From: Ranitomeya imitator
Taxonomy: Eukaryota
DNA length: 64,000 nt
Reading direction: 5' to 3'
Assembly: GCF_032444005.1 (NCBI RefSeq)
Contig: NC_091285.1
Location: 13,082,001 to 13,146,000 of the forward strand
Every line of letters starts with the position of its first letter. The stretch's first letter is position 1. Under the pieces are notes generated by a model. The model made no database searches, had not been told where the DNA came from, and saw nothing but the letters and a program-made list of their open reading frames with translations. Below are positions 16,218-32,740 of this stretch, piece after piece. The position numbers and the translations under genes are program-made.

Positions 16218-17039
16218 TGTGATCAGTGTCCGAGTCCCCCCACCGATCCCATCAGCACCATTGTAGTTTTTATAATAATAATATTTTTTATTTATATAGC
16301 GCCAACATATTCCGCAGCACTTTACAATAAGCGGGGACATGTACAGACAATAAATTCAGTATAAGTTAAGACAATTTAAACCAGTGCCATTAGGGGTGAG
16401 GTCCCTGCTCGCAAGCTGACAATCTACAAGGAAATGGGGGGACACAATAGGTGAAAAGTGCTCGTTATTTCAGATCTGGCAATTATAATAAACAGGGATT
16501 TTCATATAAAGCTGCATGATCCGGTCATCAGCCCGTGTGTTTAAGTGCAGTAGTCAAGTATCAAGTGCAGTTATGTGCATGGAGGGTGTGGAGACAGATG
16601 AATAGTAGGGGGCAGGTTATAGGTTTTTACTGTAAACGATATCTATAACTCTGTACGTAACCCCCTTTCTCATGTACAGCACCATGGAATTATTGGTGCT
16701 ATATAAATAAATAATAATATTAGGGCAGAGCATTCGTGTTACTGACAGGTGAGCATTTCCCTGTCACATCCTATGTCTAGATGTGGGGCGCTATGTGAGG
16801 ATTGGGGGGATCTAGGGTGATGATGAGGGGGCTCCACTATACAGCGCAGTGTACGGGGATATGGAAGTACAGCGCCATCAGAGGCCGCTGCTGCAGAAGC
16901 CTCGTGTAGACATGATGTGACCCTTCCTGCATTATCGCAGCCTGTGACCAGTGTGGGAACCGTGGAGACCCAGCAGCACTTCATGGAGGAGGGAACAAGG
17001 AGATTTCTGGGAGTTCTGCTGACTGAGCTTCTCCTGCAT

Positions 17040-17591
<552 letters not shown>

Positions 17592-17919
17592 ATCTGTCCC
17601 GGGCACCAAAGACAACACAACGGCTCTTCTCAGAGCCACCAAATCCTCCCACTAAGGAGCCAATTCCTAAACTTTCCAGATCTTTTATTTTCTTTTGTTT
17701 GCGAGATTCACTGCTGGTAATCAAATTTTAGTTTATAATTTATCATATGCCTAAAGAGCAAAAAGGGTTAATGTAACATGAATATAAAGTGCAGAGATGC
17801 AATTATCTTATGAAATCTTTCTAGATGCAGTTACCCAGGGACTTGTTATTTAGCGCTCCTCACTTTGTCCTGACGCCTCATGGCACATGAATAAAGGGGT
17901 TACTGCTTAACTCTAATCT

Positions 17920-18050
17920 GACACTGCCTGTGGGCGGAGCCATGGTGCTGATTGGCTGAGCACTGAATTTGAAATTCCCACACTATGGCTGATAGTTTCT
18001 CGCTCTTTGTTCTCCTCAGTGTAACATGGCGGCTCTCGGGCTGTAAGTGA
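17920..18050 (+). promoter_or_regulatory. Truncated copy of the repeated promoter/exon-1 module
   Basis: gtgggcggagcc...ctgattggctgagcactgaatttgaaattccc...taacATGGCGGCT...gtaagt. Confidence 0.55.
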
Positions 18051-18438
18051 ATATGTAATATATTCAGCACTAAAGCACGGTGCACTACACTATTTGGGGG
18101 CTAAACTGCATCATATTGCTGTAGAGATCTATATGGAGGTATATAGTAATAGAGTAATTAGCATAGAAAGTTTTATACGGGGGTATAACACAAATTGTAT
18201 TTATATAGCACTAACATATTTAGCAGCACTTTACAGAGTAAAAGTTCCAGGCGTGCAGTCCTGCTCACAATCTATAAGGAAATAGGATACAATAAGTAGA
18301 ACGTGCTCATCATGTGCAGTCCGGCCATCATAATAAATTGGGTTTTTCATATAAAGCTGCATGATCCGGTAATCAATCAGTATCTGCAACTACAGTTACC
18401 AAGTGCTATTGGGTATATGGAGACCAATAAGAGGGACT

Positions 18439-19347
18439 TGTGGCACCCCAGGAGTTCGGGTACCACAGTATTGTTGCCTTCCTCTCGGGTAGTGTAGTGC
18501 TTTGCCTGGAGACAAGAGGGATCCTTTTGGCAGGTAATCTCACACACAGCACCTTCTGAATCCAGGCCAGGAGGGGGAGCTCAAAACCCGCTTTTAGGGC
18601 AGCTTCCCTGAATAAAGAGTCAGTTCAGTCTGGAGCAAACAGGAAAGGAGCAGAGGAGAGATTGAGGGCTCAAGGAGGCCCCTAAGAGAGCGCAGAAACC
18701 AGGCATCGGGAGCCCAAGGTTGTGGATAGCCGTAAGGTCCACAGCAGACCCGGAGGCCATAGGACTATAAGTATACTTCCCCTACCATACCTGAGGCAAA
18801 GCAGCAGACAGCCTGGAGTCACCGTGTCAGAGACCCCCAAGAGTACAGCTCAAGCTGCCTGCCGTGCAGGTTCTGTCCCAGGACAGGAGAAAGAAAGGAG
18901 GTTTGCCAGCAAACCACAGGTAGCAAGGTACTAGAAACCCAGCATAGAGGAAGGCTCCCAACCTGACCTGCTAAGGGGACCCCTTCTGTACCTGTTGCCG
19001 GTACCCTAGACTGAGGCCTACTACAACTCCAGTAAACCAGGTAAAGACTGCAACCCACCATCCCTGCCATACACCTTGGGAGCCCTGGGGACCCCACTTC
19101 ACCTATGGGAAGCGTCACCATCTTGCTGCAACACCACCCCTTTAAAAGAACCCCTTTAAGCAGCGTTGGTCCCCTCTGACCGAAAGCCAAAGGTGGCTTC
19201 ACAAATAGACTTTATTAAACCCTTTAAAGACTTTCCCCTTTTTGTTGAGTCCCAGGGCCACGGATCGGGTCACAGACACTGTGACATCCCCTTTAAGAGC
19301 AACTGGACCTGGTACCGAGTATCCCCATTGCCCTGGTGGGCGACTCA
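18439..19347 (+). mobile_element. Solo LTR (Gypsy-like by 4-bp TSD)
   Basis: TGTGGCACCCC...GGGCGACTCA termini; TSD GACT on both sides. Confidence 0.8.
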
Positions 19348-20700
19348 GACTAAGGAAAAATTAGAAAAGGGAGGGCAGAGTTAGATTAATTAAATATTAT
19401 GCCTGTATAAAGAGATATTGGCAAATCACATAATTCTGAGTAGTGCATTCCAGGAAACTGGCACAGCACAAGAGAAGTCCTGGATAACAGTGGGAGATTC
19501 GGATTATGGAGGATATTAACATTAAAACAGAGCAGGAGTAGGGTGAAAAGGTAGACAGCTTTATATGGAGGGGTAGAGGGCACTATATCAGGTGTTCCAC
19601 ACTCTGATTTTATTCACAATGGATTGCATCAGGTCAGTCAGTGAAAAATATGATTAAGAAGGAGAGAACATCAGGTTAGAAACGTACAATATTCCTCCTC
19701 CTCAGATCATATTCTCACTCATGAACAAGGTTTAATCCACTTTGAATAAACAATTTTGAATCTCAGTACTTCTCAGATTGCTGGAACATTAATCTGTGGG
19801 TCGCTTCTGTTTCTCCCGTGGCTGCTGATGGCAAATGTGAGGTGAACTGATTTTTTTTCTACCACTAGATTATTGTTGTGTACTCACCATAGAAGAAGAA
19901 TGTATAAAACCATATGGGCATATATAGCACTACAAGATGGAGGCTCGATTCTATCGCATCGGGAGGGCTGTAGTGTCACGATGAGGGCAGGCATGCGGCG
20001 CTATTGTTACCTAATGGCATCTTGTGATGATAATCTAATGACTTTTGCATCAGGGGACTCGTGTGCTTGGCATCTATGCTTATATGCATTGTTTTTGTCC
20101 CATTGATGCTCTTGCACTTCAAGAGTCTCATTTGCCCTTTGTTGTCTTCGACGTTGTGCCTTTGCTGCTTTCCTTTCATTGTCATTGGCGCACTTTTTAG
20201 GAGGAGCCATGTTGCCGTTGGTATTTGCTTTTCAAAGGGGTTTTCCAACTAACAAAAGTTCATTTGAAAAATTGTGTCTGACTGTGTACTGAACATACCA
20301 CAGCTCCTGGGCAGGGGAGGAAGCAAAAGACAATACTGACATTACAGCAGGAGATCGCCGGGGATACATTTTGTGAGGTAAAATATTTTTTAAAAAGTCA
20401 GTGAAATATTTTACCTCACAAAATGAATCCTCTGTGATCCCCTGCTGTAATGTCAGTATTGTCGTTTGCTTCCTCCCCTGCCCAGGAGATGTGTTATGCT
20501 CCGTACACGGTCAGACAGACAATTTTTAAAATTAACTTTAGTTCGTGGGAAAACTCCTTTAATGTGACCGGCTTCCTCTGCCTGTAGACACGTCGCGCAT
20601 CTGCTGCCGGTATCAGCAGAATGATTCGCATAATTCGCGCAGGTGCAGTAAATCAGACCGCTGCCATCTTTGTGCAAACAGATAGTGGCGGTCACATTAA

Positions 20701-20955
20701 GGCTATGTGCACACGTTCAGGATTTTTTTGCAGAAAGTTCTGCAAGAAATCCGCATGTTTTTTTGTGGATTTTCCAATGCAATAATATAGTGGGAAATCC
20801 GCAAAATTAATGAACATGCTGCGTTTTTTTCACGGAAAAAAATGCATCATTTGCACAAAAATTGCAGAATGCATTCTAAATGATGAGATGCATAATGTAT
20901 GCGTTTTTATAGCGAAAAAACGCAAAAAAAAAATCTGCTACGTGTGCACACAGCC
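20701..20955. mobile_element. Harbinger/Tourist-like MITE
   Basis: TIR ggctatgtgcacacg...cgtgtgcacacagcc; 3-bp TSD TAA. Confidence 0.8.
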
Positions 20956-21760
20956 TAAATTTGCGCATGCGCTCCTCCTGTACAAAGATGGCAGCAGTCA
21001 GTGAATCATTTGGTAGATCCTGGCGGTGGCATGTTTGCAACGGTGTTCCGCTGGTGGTACCATGCAACTGGCTGCGTGAGTGTGTGGTGCGACAGTTTTC
21101 CACTGGTGGTATCAGGCAATAGGTTGGTACCAGCAGCAGTTTACCTATTGAGGCACAGGAACATCATGGGGATCGTCCCTGGAAACATTTCTGACTCCAA
21201 GGTCACAGCTGCGCATTGTGAATAATTTTCCTACGGCTGTCCTGCGGGCAGGGGTCCTAGTGGCATAGGGAGGTCTGGCGATGACCCGCTGGTGGTACTG
21301 CGCAAGGGCCTGGTACTACCAGTGGGTGCCATATTGGAATAGTACCCATCACTTGGCTATTCCAATATGGCGGTCGGCGTGGTGGATTGTGGGATTTCTC
21401 CAGACAGAAGTGGATGACAATTTAAGGTAATTATATAGATAGATATGGGACGTATTCAACAAAATGTATGGACAGATGATATACAGTACTATATGGGGGA
21501 TATTCCTTAGAATATTGATGGTATACAGCAGTATTTTGTAGTTTACAGCTTTTCATGGGCAGAGGGTGCAAGCTTTAAGCACAATATGGACTGTCTACTT
21601 AAAAAAAATCCCATCGCTATCTGTTGGCATCATCTACATTAGTATTTGTAAAAAAAAAAAAAATCACAGCAGAGATCAGCAGCGTCAGCTCTAGTGGTGA
21701 CGGTGTGGGTGGCTCTTAGAAGAGCCTTTGTGTTGTGTGGATAGATGGGATCAGTGTCGC

Positions 21761-22857
<1,097 letters not shown>

Positions 22858-22972
22858 TCTGCTCCGTGCTCTGCACCCACAACCCAAAGGCTCTTCTAAG
22901 AGCCACCCACCCCGTCTACATCAGAGCTGTGGCTGCGTGCCTGTGTCCTGCTGGCACTGACCGGCATTTTAA

Positions 22973-23470
22973 GGGATGACCTGTAAAATATATTGTAGAA
23001 ATTGACTACCAGCATGTTGGATTTCTATGTGAAGGTAAGTGCTATTCTAGATGTTGGTCATGGGGCTTATGTGATTTAGCTGGACTTTGCAAAGGCATCC
23101 GATACTGAACCACACAACAGCCTTGTACAGAAGCAGGGACTAGGAACATTGCAGATGGAAGTAGAACTGGTTGTAAATGGTGCATCCTCTAAATATGATC
23201 TGTACCAGGAGCACTGGGGATTGCAAGGATCTGGAAGGACCAATTCTCATTACTCTTTCCCATCCAGAAGGTCATTAAGAGATTAAAGCTTAAGCCAACA
23301 GAACAGGAGAAGGACTTGGGTGTTCCAGTTACAAGTAATGTGAACTGCAGTACTTGGTGTCAGGCAGCAGCTGCAGAAGGAAACAAGATTTTAAGTTTGA
23401 GGTTCCATATTATAAAAATATTAGGATGTTAAAGGCGACAAGCCGATTAACGTGATGGAGGCTTTAGATC
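22973..23470 (+). mobile_element. Degenerate CR1 LINE RT/3' fragment
   Basis: Conceptual translation TSMLDFYVKVSAILDVGHGAYVI*LDFAKASDTEPH matches the CR1 RT motif YLDFxKAFDTVPH. Confidence 0.75.
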
Positions 23471-23652
23471 AGTCCTCTCTCACTGAGCCCATTTTCTCAT
23501 GAAACGGTCCTGGTGCCCTCTGCCTGGACTGTTCTGCTGGTAATGGATGAGCTGTTAACTTTCAGTGCTCAGCTGCATTTTCAGTAGTTTCTCATCCTTT
23601 TGTGATCAGCGCTCTCTGTACGTCCTGATATTACTCACCTTTCTCTCCCCAG

Positions 23653-23780
23653 ACCGGTGGAGGCTCCTGATCTATGATGAACTAAAGATTGATCTATTTC
23701 TAGGTCTGAACCTCACATTGTCATTAATGGAGAAAGCGATCACTTGTTTATCGCAGCAGGAGCTACATGAGCAAAGAACC
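23653..23780 (+). other. Candidate coding exon 2 of an unidentified spliced gene (intact copy)
   Basis: Acceptor ctcaccttctctccccag|, donor |gtatgg, 128 nt, open frame (D)RWRLLIYDELKIDLFLGLNLTLSLMEKAITCLSQQELHEQRT. Confidence 0.55.
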
Positions 23781-24282
23781 GTATGGCTCTATACAGCAAT
23801 ATATGGGTGTCTTGCACTATATGGAGGAATACAGTAGTATAGAACAGTATATGGGGGTATAAGGCTCAATATAAAGGGGGTACATCACTATTTTGTGGTA
23901 TTCAGGAGGGTATATAACAGGGATATACAGTAGGATATGGAAGGTATACATCACTATGGGGTATATTGAATGATATGGTGGGTATATAGCACTATATGGA
24001 GGTATATATATATATATATATAGTATATTTCACCTTATAGTATAATCTGGAGGTATGCAGCAGGATATGGAGGGTAAATACTTGTAAATGGGGAGCATTA
24101 TTATTACTTTATTGGGGTATACAGTACTACTTGGTTTATACAGCACTGTATTGGGAGTATACAACAATATATGGAGTTAACAGAACAAGCGTTTAGGGGT
24201 AAAGAGCACTATATGGGGGTTATATGGAGAGTATTTGGCACTCTGAAAATATACAGCACTATATGGGTAGTATACAGCATAA

Positions 24283-24547
24283 GGGTATGTTTCCACGGTC
24301 AGTGGACGCTGCGTCCAAATGTTACAGCATCGTGGATGGAATTTTATGAAATCCCATCTCCGCTATGCGTGCAGGGACACCCGGTGCTCAGTCTCCGCAA
24401 GATAAATATCACCATCCAATGTATAAGGATGCGGTGATTACACATGGTTCATTGAACACATGCTGAATCGCCGTATGTACAAAAGCCGGCAGCGCTTTGG
24501 ATGGAGCTGCGTCCAAAGCGCTGGCAATACTGACCGTGGAAACACCT
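24283..24547. mobile_element. Harbinger-like MITE
   Basis: TIR gggtatgtttccacggtcag...ctgaccgtggaaacacct, TAA/TTA flanks. Confidence 0.7.
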
Positions 24548-24757
24548 TTACAAGGAGGGGAATAAACATCACTGTGAAAGGTAGTCATTACTATGGGGAT
24601 ATTAAGCACTAAATAGAAATGTATACTATGGTATATAGCAGTATATTATGAGGATTTACAGATGTATATAGCAGTTTATGGAGTATATAGAAACATCTGT
24701 AGGGTATACATCAGTAAGGTAATGCAGCGCTATATGGTGAGGATTTACAGATGTATA

Positions 24758-26317
24758 CAGGTCCTTCTCAAAAAATTAGCATATAGTGTTAAATTTCATT
24801 ATTTACCATAATGTAATGATTACAATTAAACTTTCATATATTATAGATTCATTATCCACCAACTGAAATTTGTCAGGTCTTTTATTGTTTTAATACTGAT
24901 GATTTTGGCATACAACTCCTGATAACCCCAAAAACCTGTCTCAATAAATTAGCATATCAAGAAAAGGTTCTCTAAACGACCTATTACCCTAATCTTCTGA
25001 ATCAACTAATTAACTCTAAACACATGCAAAAGATACCTGAGGCTTATATAAACTCCCTGCCGGGTTCATTACTCAAAACCCCCATCATGGGTAAGACTAG
25101 CGACCTGACAGATGTCAAGAAGGCCATCATTGACACCCTCAAGCAAGAGGGTAAGACCCAGAAAGAAATTTCTCAACAAATAGGCTGTTCCCAGAGTGCT
25201 GTATCAAGGCACCTCAATGGTAAGTCTGTTGGAAGGAAACAATGTGGCAGAAAACGCTGTACAACGAGAAGAGGAGACCGGACCCTGAGGAAGATTGTGG
25301 AGAAGGACCGATTCCAGACCTTGGGGAACCTGAGGAAGCAGTGGACTGAGTCTGGTGTGGAAACATCCAGAGCCACCGTGCACAGGCGTGTGCAGGAAAT
25401 GGGCTACAGGTGCCGCATTCCCCAGGTAAAGCCACTTTTGAACCATAAACAGCGGCAGAGGCGCCTGACATGGGCTACAGAGAAGCAGCACTGGACTGTT
25501 GCTAAGTGGTCCCAAGTACTTTTTTCTGATGAAAGCAAATTTTGCATGTCATTCGGAAATCAAGGTGCCAGAGTCTGGAGGAAGACTGGGGAGAAGGAAA
25601 TGCCAAAATGCCTGAAGTCCAGTGTCAAGTACCCACAGTCAGTGATGGTGTGGGGTGCCATGTCAGCTGCTGGTGTTGGTCCACTGTGTTTCATCAAGGG
25701 CAGGGTCAATGCTTTATGGTGATGAAGATTTCATTTTTTCAGCACGACCTGGCACCTGCTCACAGTGCCAAAACCACTGGTAAATGGTTTACTGACCATG
25801 GTATTACTGTGCTCAATTGGCCTGCCAACTCTCCTGACCTGAACCCCATAGAGAATCTGTGGGATATTGTGAAGAGAAAGTTGAGAGACGCAAGACCCAA
25901 CACTCTGGATGAGCTTAAGGCCGCTATTGAAGCATCCTGGGCCTCTATAACATCTCAGCAGTGTCACAGGCTGATTGCCTCCATGCCACGCCGCATTGAA
26001 GCAGTCATTTCTGCCAAAGGATTCCCGACCAAGTATTGAGTGCATAACTGAACATTATTATTTGATGGTTTTTTTGTTTGTTATTAAAAAACACTTTTAT
26101 TTGATTGGATGGGTGAAATATGCTAATTTATTGAGACAGGTTTTTTGGGTTATCAGGAGTTGTATGCCAAAATCATCAGTATTAAAACAATAAAAGACCT
26201 GACAAATTTCAGTTGGTGGATAATGAATCTATAATATATGAAAGTTTAATTATAATCATTACATTATGGTAAATAATGAAATTTAACACTATATGCTAAT
26301 TTTTTGAGAAGGACCTG
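24758..26317 (+). mobile_element. Tc1/mariner transposon, near full length
   Basis: About 200-bp TIRs (caggtccttctcaaaaaattagcatat...), TA TSD on both sides. Confidence 0.95.
25087..26039 (+). pseudogene. Tc1 transposase (DD34E), frameshifted near 25711
   Basis: ORFs 25024-25722 and 25542-26039: paired-like HTH, FSDESK, QHDLAP, NSPDLNPIE, with 34 residues between the second D and E. Confidence 0.92.
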
Positions 26318-27179
26318 TATGTTGGTGTACAGAAGTATGAGGGGCATATACACCACTATATGAGGGTATATAGCATTATATGGGGGGGATACACAGGGTA
26401 TAAAGTACTATATTGTTGTATACTCTAGACTGTGAGCCCTCGCGGGCAGGGTCCTCCCTCCTTATGTACTCGTGTGCCTTGTTATCTGCTCATGTTTAAT
26501 GTATTTGTCTATATTTGCCCTGTATTCACATGTAAAGCGCCATGGAATAAATGGCGCTATAAAAATGTATAATAATAATAATAATAAAATATGGAGGTTA
26601 TTTAGCACTATATGGGGTATATATGGGGTCAGAAGGATAAGGATGGTACATAGCACTATATGATGGTATACAGCAGGATATGGAGAGTATGTAGTACGAT
26701 ATATAGTCTGCAGCGTGCATCATAGAAGTGTGAGCTATGAATTAATCCAGAATTTAATATGATGTATACGGTCTGTTCCCTGCCATCATTCCACTCTAAT
26801 GAGTGTGTCCATTTATCTATTCCTTCTACAGGTATGTGACCTATCTTTCCACACTGACTTTTCCTACCTCTGCTACTTGCAACCACTTGGTACGTGACCC
26901 AACTTGCTATGCTTTTCAACTAACCCCTGCCATACCCTCAATATTATTTATGACCTTGTTTACTGTGCCATGATCATCCTGCATCAGGCTCACTCTTAAT
27001 TATCTGACCAAGATGAGCACAGACCTCTCCCCTCTGTTTCACACCTGAATGCACTTTCTACCAAATATATTGCAAACAATATGTCTGCCCAGTGCACCAT
27101 ACGTGTGGAGCTATGAATTAATCCAGAATTGAACTAGAAAGGAACTGAAGGCAACTGGATACATAGTCATTGTAAACAA

Positions 27180-28175
27180 TGTTTTTCTTTTCACTCTCAC
27201 CCTTACCCCTATAATCCTTCACTTTCTACTAACCCCCTAATCCCTACATCTAGTAAGGAACTAGTCAGCTCTCCATTCATTCTCCCTATCCATCTCACCA
27301 GTTCCTCAACATACAATCCTCTGTCTCCAAACACAGCCCTCTCCTGCTCACTGCCGGTGATATTTCTCCAAATCCTGGTCCTTGTCACCACAACCCCACA
27401 GTCACCTCCCTAACCTTATACTCTTCAACTTAAAGTAAATGGCTGCTCACTCTCCCCAGTCCCACAAGCTCGCTGCTTCAGGGTAATCCTTAACTTTGAT
27501 CTCTCCTTCAAACCACATATCCAAGCCCTTTCCACTTCCTGCCGACTTCAACTCAAAAATATTTCCCAGATCTGTACATACCTCAATCAAGAATCTGCAA
27601 AAACCCTAGTCCATGCCCCCATCATCTCCCGCCTTGGCTACTGCAACCTCTTACTTTGTGTTCTCCCTTCAAACACTCTCCTGCCCCTTCAATCTATTCT
27701 AAACTCTCTTGCCTGACTAATCCACTTATACCCCCGCTATTCCTTGGCCTCTCCCCTCTGTCAATCCCTTCACTGGCCCCCCCATTACCCAGAGACTCCA
27801 TTTCAAAACCCTAACCATAGCATACAAAGCCATCCACAACCTGTCTCCTTGTCTCCCAGTACTTACCTGCATGCAACCTCAGATCCTCACAAGATCTCCT
27901 TCTCTACTCCCCTGTTCCAACAATCGTATACAAGATTTCTCCACGCATCCCCCTTACTCGGGTATTCTCTACTCCAACATATCAGATTCTTGCCTACCGT
28001 GGAAACATTCAAAAGGAACTTGAATATTACCTCTTCCCACAAGCCTGCAACCTGCAGTAACCACCGATCCACTACATGACCAGCTCTGCCCTCACCTATC
28101 CCTTTGTAGATTGTGGGCCCTCGCTCCTCCTGTACCAGTCGTGACGTTTATTAAGATTATTGTACTTTTTATTAT
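27180..28175 (+). mobile_element. L2-like LINE 3' fragment
   Basis: Degenerate RT C-terminal sequence (ccttcaaaccacatatccaagcc...) and 3' tail gtagattgtgggccc. Confidence 0.7.
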
Positions 28176-28179
28176 CCAT

Positions 28180-28520
28180 ACCCCTTTGCTCCCCTGACCA
28201 GTGATTTCTCTGTCTCACAGTCATTAATCCTAGCAGGACTCAGGTCTGTGACTAGATGTAAGGTCTCACAAAAAAGTGCGGGAAATTCAAAATCCCCAAC
28301 AGTTCTGTGCTCCGCCGACATGTGAGGAGGGGCTGGTGATCGCCCTGTGCCTGAAGTCTGCTCTTTGGGAACTGGAGACATCAGGCACTAATGGGTTAAC
28401 ACTAAGTGTCGGGATTGGCTGAGCACTGAACATGAATTTCCTGCACAATGGCCAGTAGTTTCTCCCGCTCATTGTTCTCCATGTAACATGTGGGGGCAAG
28501 TAGATCTGGTATATTCCGCA
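28180..28520 (+). promoter_or_regulatory. Degenerate copy of the repeated bidirectional promoter module
   Basis: gcgggaaattcaaaatcccc at 28278, ctgattgg-like box, degenerate exon 1 ending tctg|gtatat. Confidence 0.6.
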
Positions 28521-28723
28521 CTGACTATTATACTGTTTGGGCTTGTAAAACATCATGAGGGTTACCCTTATTAATTTTACGCACTTATTTAGCACCTTAC
28601 AGATGTGCTCATTAGGGCTCACAATCTACATTCCCCATCATTAAGGTTTTGAAGTGAGGAACCCATGTAATCACAAGGAGGAACACCAACTCCTTGCAGA
28701 TGTTGTCCTTGGTGGGATTTGAA

Positions 28724-28810
28724 TGCTCTGCACCCACAACCCAAAGGCTCTTCAAAGAGCCACCCACCCCATCTACATCAGGGCTGTGGCTGCTTGTCTG
28801 TGTCCTGCTG
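28724..28810 (+). pseudogene. Orphan H2B 3' UTR with mutated stem-loop, fused to a V-SINE fragment
   Basis: tgctctgcacccacaacccaaa-GGCTCT-TCAA-AGAGCC-acccacccc...catcagggctgtgg matches the H2B UTRs. No H2B CDS upstream; 28612-28723 matches the SINE at 57215-57475. Confidence 0.85.
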
Positions 28811-29085
28811 CCCAACACTATACGGCACAGTATGTGGTGTGTAAGTGGATATTTCACACCCTTGGAGTTTTGACAAAGTAAAACAAACTGCCAACATAAC
28901 AGGGATCTACCCACTTTGTCCGAGTATATCTCATACTCTACCTTTATTAATCATCTTAGCCATTAACAGATTTGTACATACAGAACATCACACCAGAGAT
29001 CAGCGGCGTCAGCTCTTGTGGTGACGGTGTGGGTGGCTCTTAGAAGAGCCTTTGTGTTGTGTGGATGATACGGGGTCAGTGTCGC

Positions 29086-30183
<1,098 letters not shown>

Positions 30184-30299
30184 TCTGCTCCGTGCTCTGC
30201 ACCCACAACCCAAAGGCTCTTCTAAGAGCCACCCACCCCGTCTACATCAGAGCTGTGGCTGCTTGTCTGTGTCCTGCTGCACTGACCGGCTGTATAAGA

Positions 30300-30920
30300 G
30301 ATGACCTGCAAAAATATATTGCAGAAAACATAATTGATCACGAGCCTGGATTCATGAACGAGAATTTGTGTTTAACCAGCATGTTGGATTTCTCTGAGAA
30401 GGTAAGTGCTCTTCTACATATTGGTCATGCGACTTATGTGATTATATTGACTTTGTAAAGACTTCTGATACTGCACCATACAACTGCCTTGTACAGATGC
30501 TCCAGAAGCTGGAACTACCGACACTGCAGATGGGTGAAGAAACTGGTTGTGGTACAAGAAACCAATGTTGTAAATGGTAATTTCTCTAAATACGATATGG
30601 TCAGAAGTGGTGACCACAAGGATCTGTTAAGACCAATTCTTTTTATTAATGAACTTGTGGATGGGAAGAAGTGTAAAGTGTCTGTTTACAGAACAGGACA
30701 AAGCCTTCTGTGTTCTGCCTACGAGTAAGCTGAGCAGCAGTACTCAGTCAGGCAACATCAAAGAGAAAGGATTTTAGTTTTTTTTTTTTTTTTTTAAAAT
30801 GAAAATCTTGTGATCTTAATGTATGTCCAAGTTATTTAGAGGGGTAACATGTAAAATTTGGGATCCAGTTTGGGGCTAAACATTTAAAAAAAATATTAGG
30901 ATGTTTAAGACATGGCATGG
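30300..30920 (+). mobile_element. Degenerate CR1 fragment downstream of H2B-4
   Basis: Homologous to 22973-23470. Confidence 0.65.
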
Positions 30921-31071
30921 AGGCCTCATGCTCCGTTACTTCTCGCTTTATTCTCTCCCAGAGAACAAGGACCTAGTGTTGGTAATAGCAGAGGATGGGA
31001 TGTGAGCTCTCTGCACTTTCCCTGATGTTACACACCTTTCGCTCACCAGACTGGAGAACTCCCGAAAGAGT

Positions 31072-32510
31072 GATATATTCCTACATCTGAATCTATTTAT
31101 TTCCATATGTCCAAAAAAATAAGTGTGACACATCAAAGTTCATGAACCAAGATAATCTAATATGGTGGACCACCATTAGATGAGAAGTGATTTTAACTCG
31201 ATGATAAAACAAAGAATAATTTTATTAAATATCACTATATAAAAAGACCGGGAATAAAATCATCCAGTAATGGAAAAATAAAAAATGGTGAGGGGGGCTA
31301 CCCGATGTGAATCTGAAGAGATATCAGAAGAGGACAGTGTGGGCTGAGATGGTGGTAATATCCATAGCAAGCAGAAAATGCATAGCACTGAAGTTGCAAT
31401 AAACTACTGCGATGTAGTATACCACAGCACTAACCTAAAAAACAATAAACCCCACAATGCCTCAACTGAGTACAATATCAGTATGCCAGTGTGGCCAGAA
31501 ATGCTCTGCCCTGGTTCCACACTAAGAATGCCCCCCCCCTCCTCCTTTTTATTTTATATATTGATATTTAATAAAATTTATTTTTTAATAATTGAGTTGG
31601 AATCACTTCTCATCTAATGGTGATCCACCATATTAGAATGTTGGTTCCTGAATCTCACATTATCAGTTTGGGTTTATGGCACTACATGGAATACAGCAGT
31701 ATGTAACCCTTTGCTCCCCAGAACGGTGGAGTCAGATCTTTGACTATAACATTTTCGCGGGAAATTCAAAATCCCCAACGGTTCTGTCCTCTGCTCACAT
31801 CTGAGGGGGAAGAGGTTGGTGATCATCCTGTGGGAACTGGAAATATCGGGTACTAAAGGGTTAACGCTAAGTGTCTGAGGGGGAAGTGATCCTGTGCTGC
31901 CCATGGGCGGAGCCATAGCCTTACTGAGTGCTGATTGGCTGACACTGAACATGAAATTCCTGATAGATTTCTTGCTCTTTGTTCTCATTGTAACACATGG
32001 TGGTGGCTCCTACCAGACTGAGTAAATCAGGTATATTCCTCAGACCATGACTATTATACTGTTTGGGCATGTGCAACATAATATTGCATGTATGTGGATA
32101 TTTCACCCCCCACCTGGATAGGACAGGCACAATACCCACTGTACAAGGCCATCTGGCTGGTGTGGTTATGTTCCCCATAGGCCCTAGTGTAATGCAGAAT
32201 CTCGGCCATTTATTAAATCTGTACGTTCAGAACATCACAGTACAACCACATATAGAAAAAGAACAAACCGCTTTTATTTATATTCATTAAAACCCCAATT
32301 ATAACAAATTAGGGCGGTAGAGGGTCATAAGCAACAACATATTAGATCAGCTGGGTGTAGCAAATGGTTGTCACTAATAAGAAATAATCTTAAGTGAGAC
32401 AATGTCTAACCCTTAGTGATCCTTCCTGACAGCGGAGGCTGGCACCCTAGTGATTCGATATGGTGGCGCCGCTAAATGTTAGCTATCCATACCTGACCCT
32501 CACTGGGCAA
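31072..32510 (+). repeat. Segmental duplicate of 48870-50290, including promoter module and exon 1 at 31997-32030
   Basis: Colinear similarity over about 1.4 kb by eye. Exon ATG GTG GTG GCT CCT ACC AGA CTG AGT AAA TCA G|gtatat. Confidence 0.85.
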
Positions 32511-32740
32511 ACCCTCACCTCCCAACCGTCCCAAATCCAGCGGGGCAGTCACGATTTTGACAGTCTGCCCCGTGGTCACGGGCGGGACATTAGTTTCCCG
32601 CCCTGCAATCTCAGCCTCATACTGATCACTCCTCCCGCAGAGCAAAACATTACTTATATGGCTGCTCTGTGCACACAGGACCTGTATGGTCACAGGAGGG
32701 GAGGAGTCAGGGGTCACATGATCGGGACCTCCGTCTACAG

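Noticed and set aside
23700-23740. LNLTL similarity to N-termini of frog zinc-finger proteins
   Set aside because: Five-residue match only; the surrounding residues do not fit and there are no C2H2 fingers in the window.
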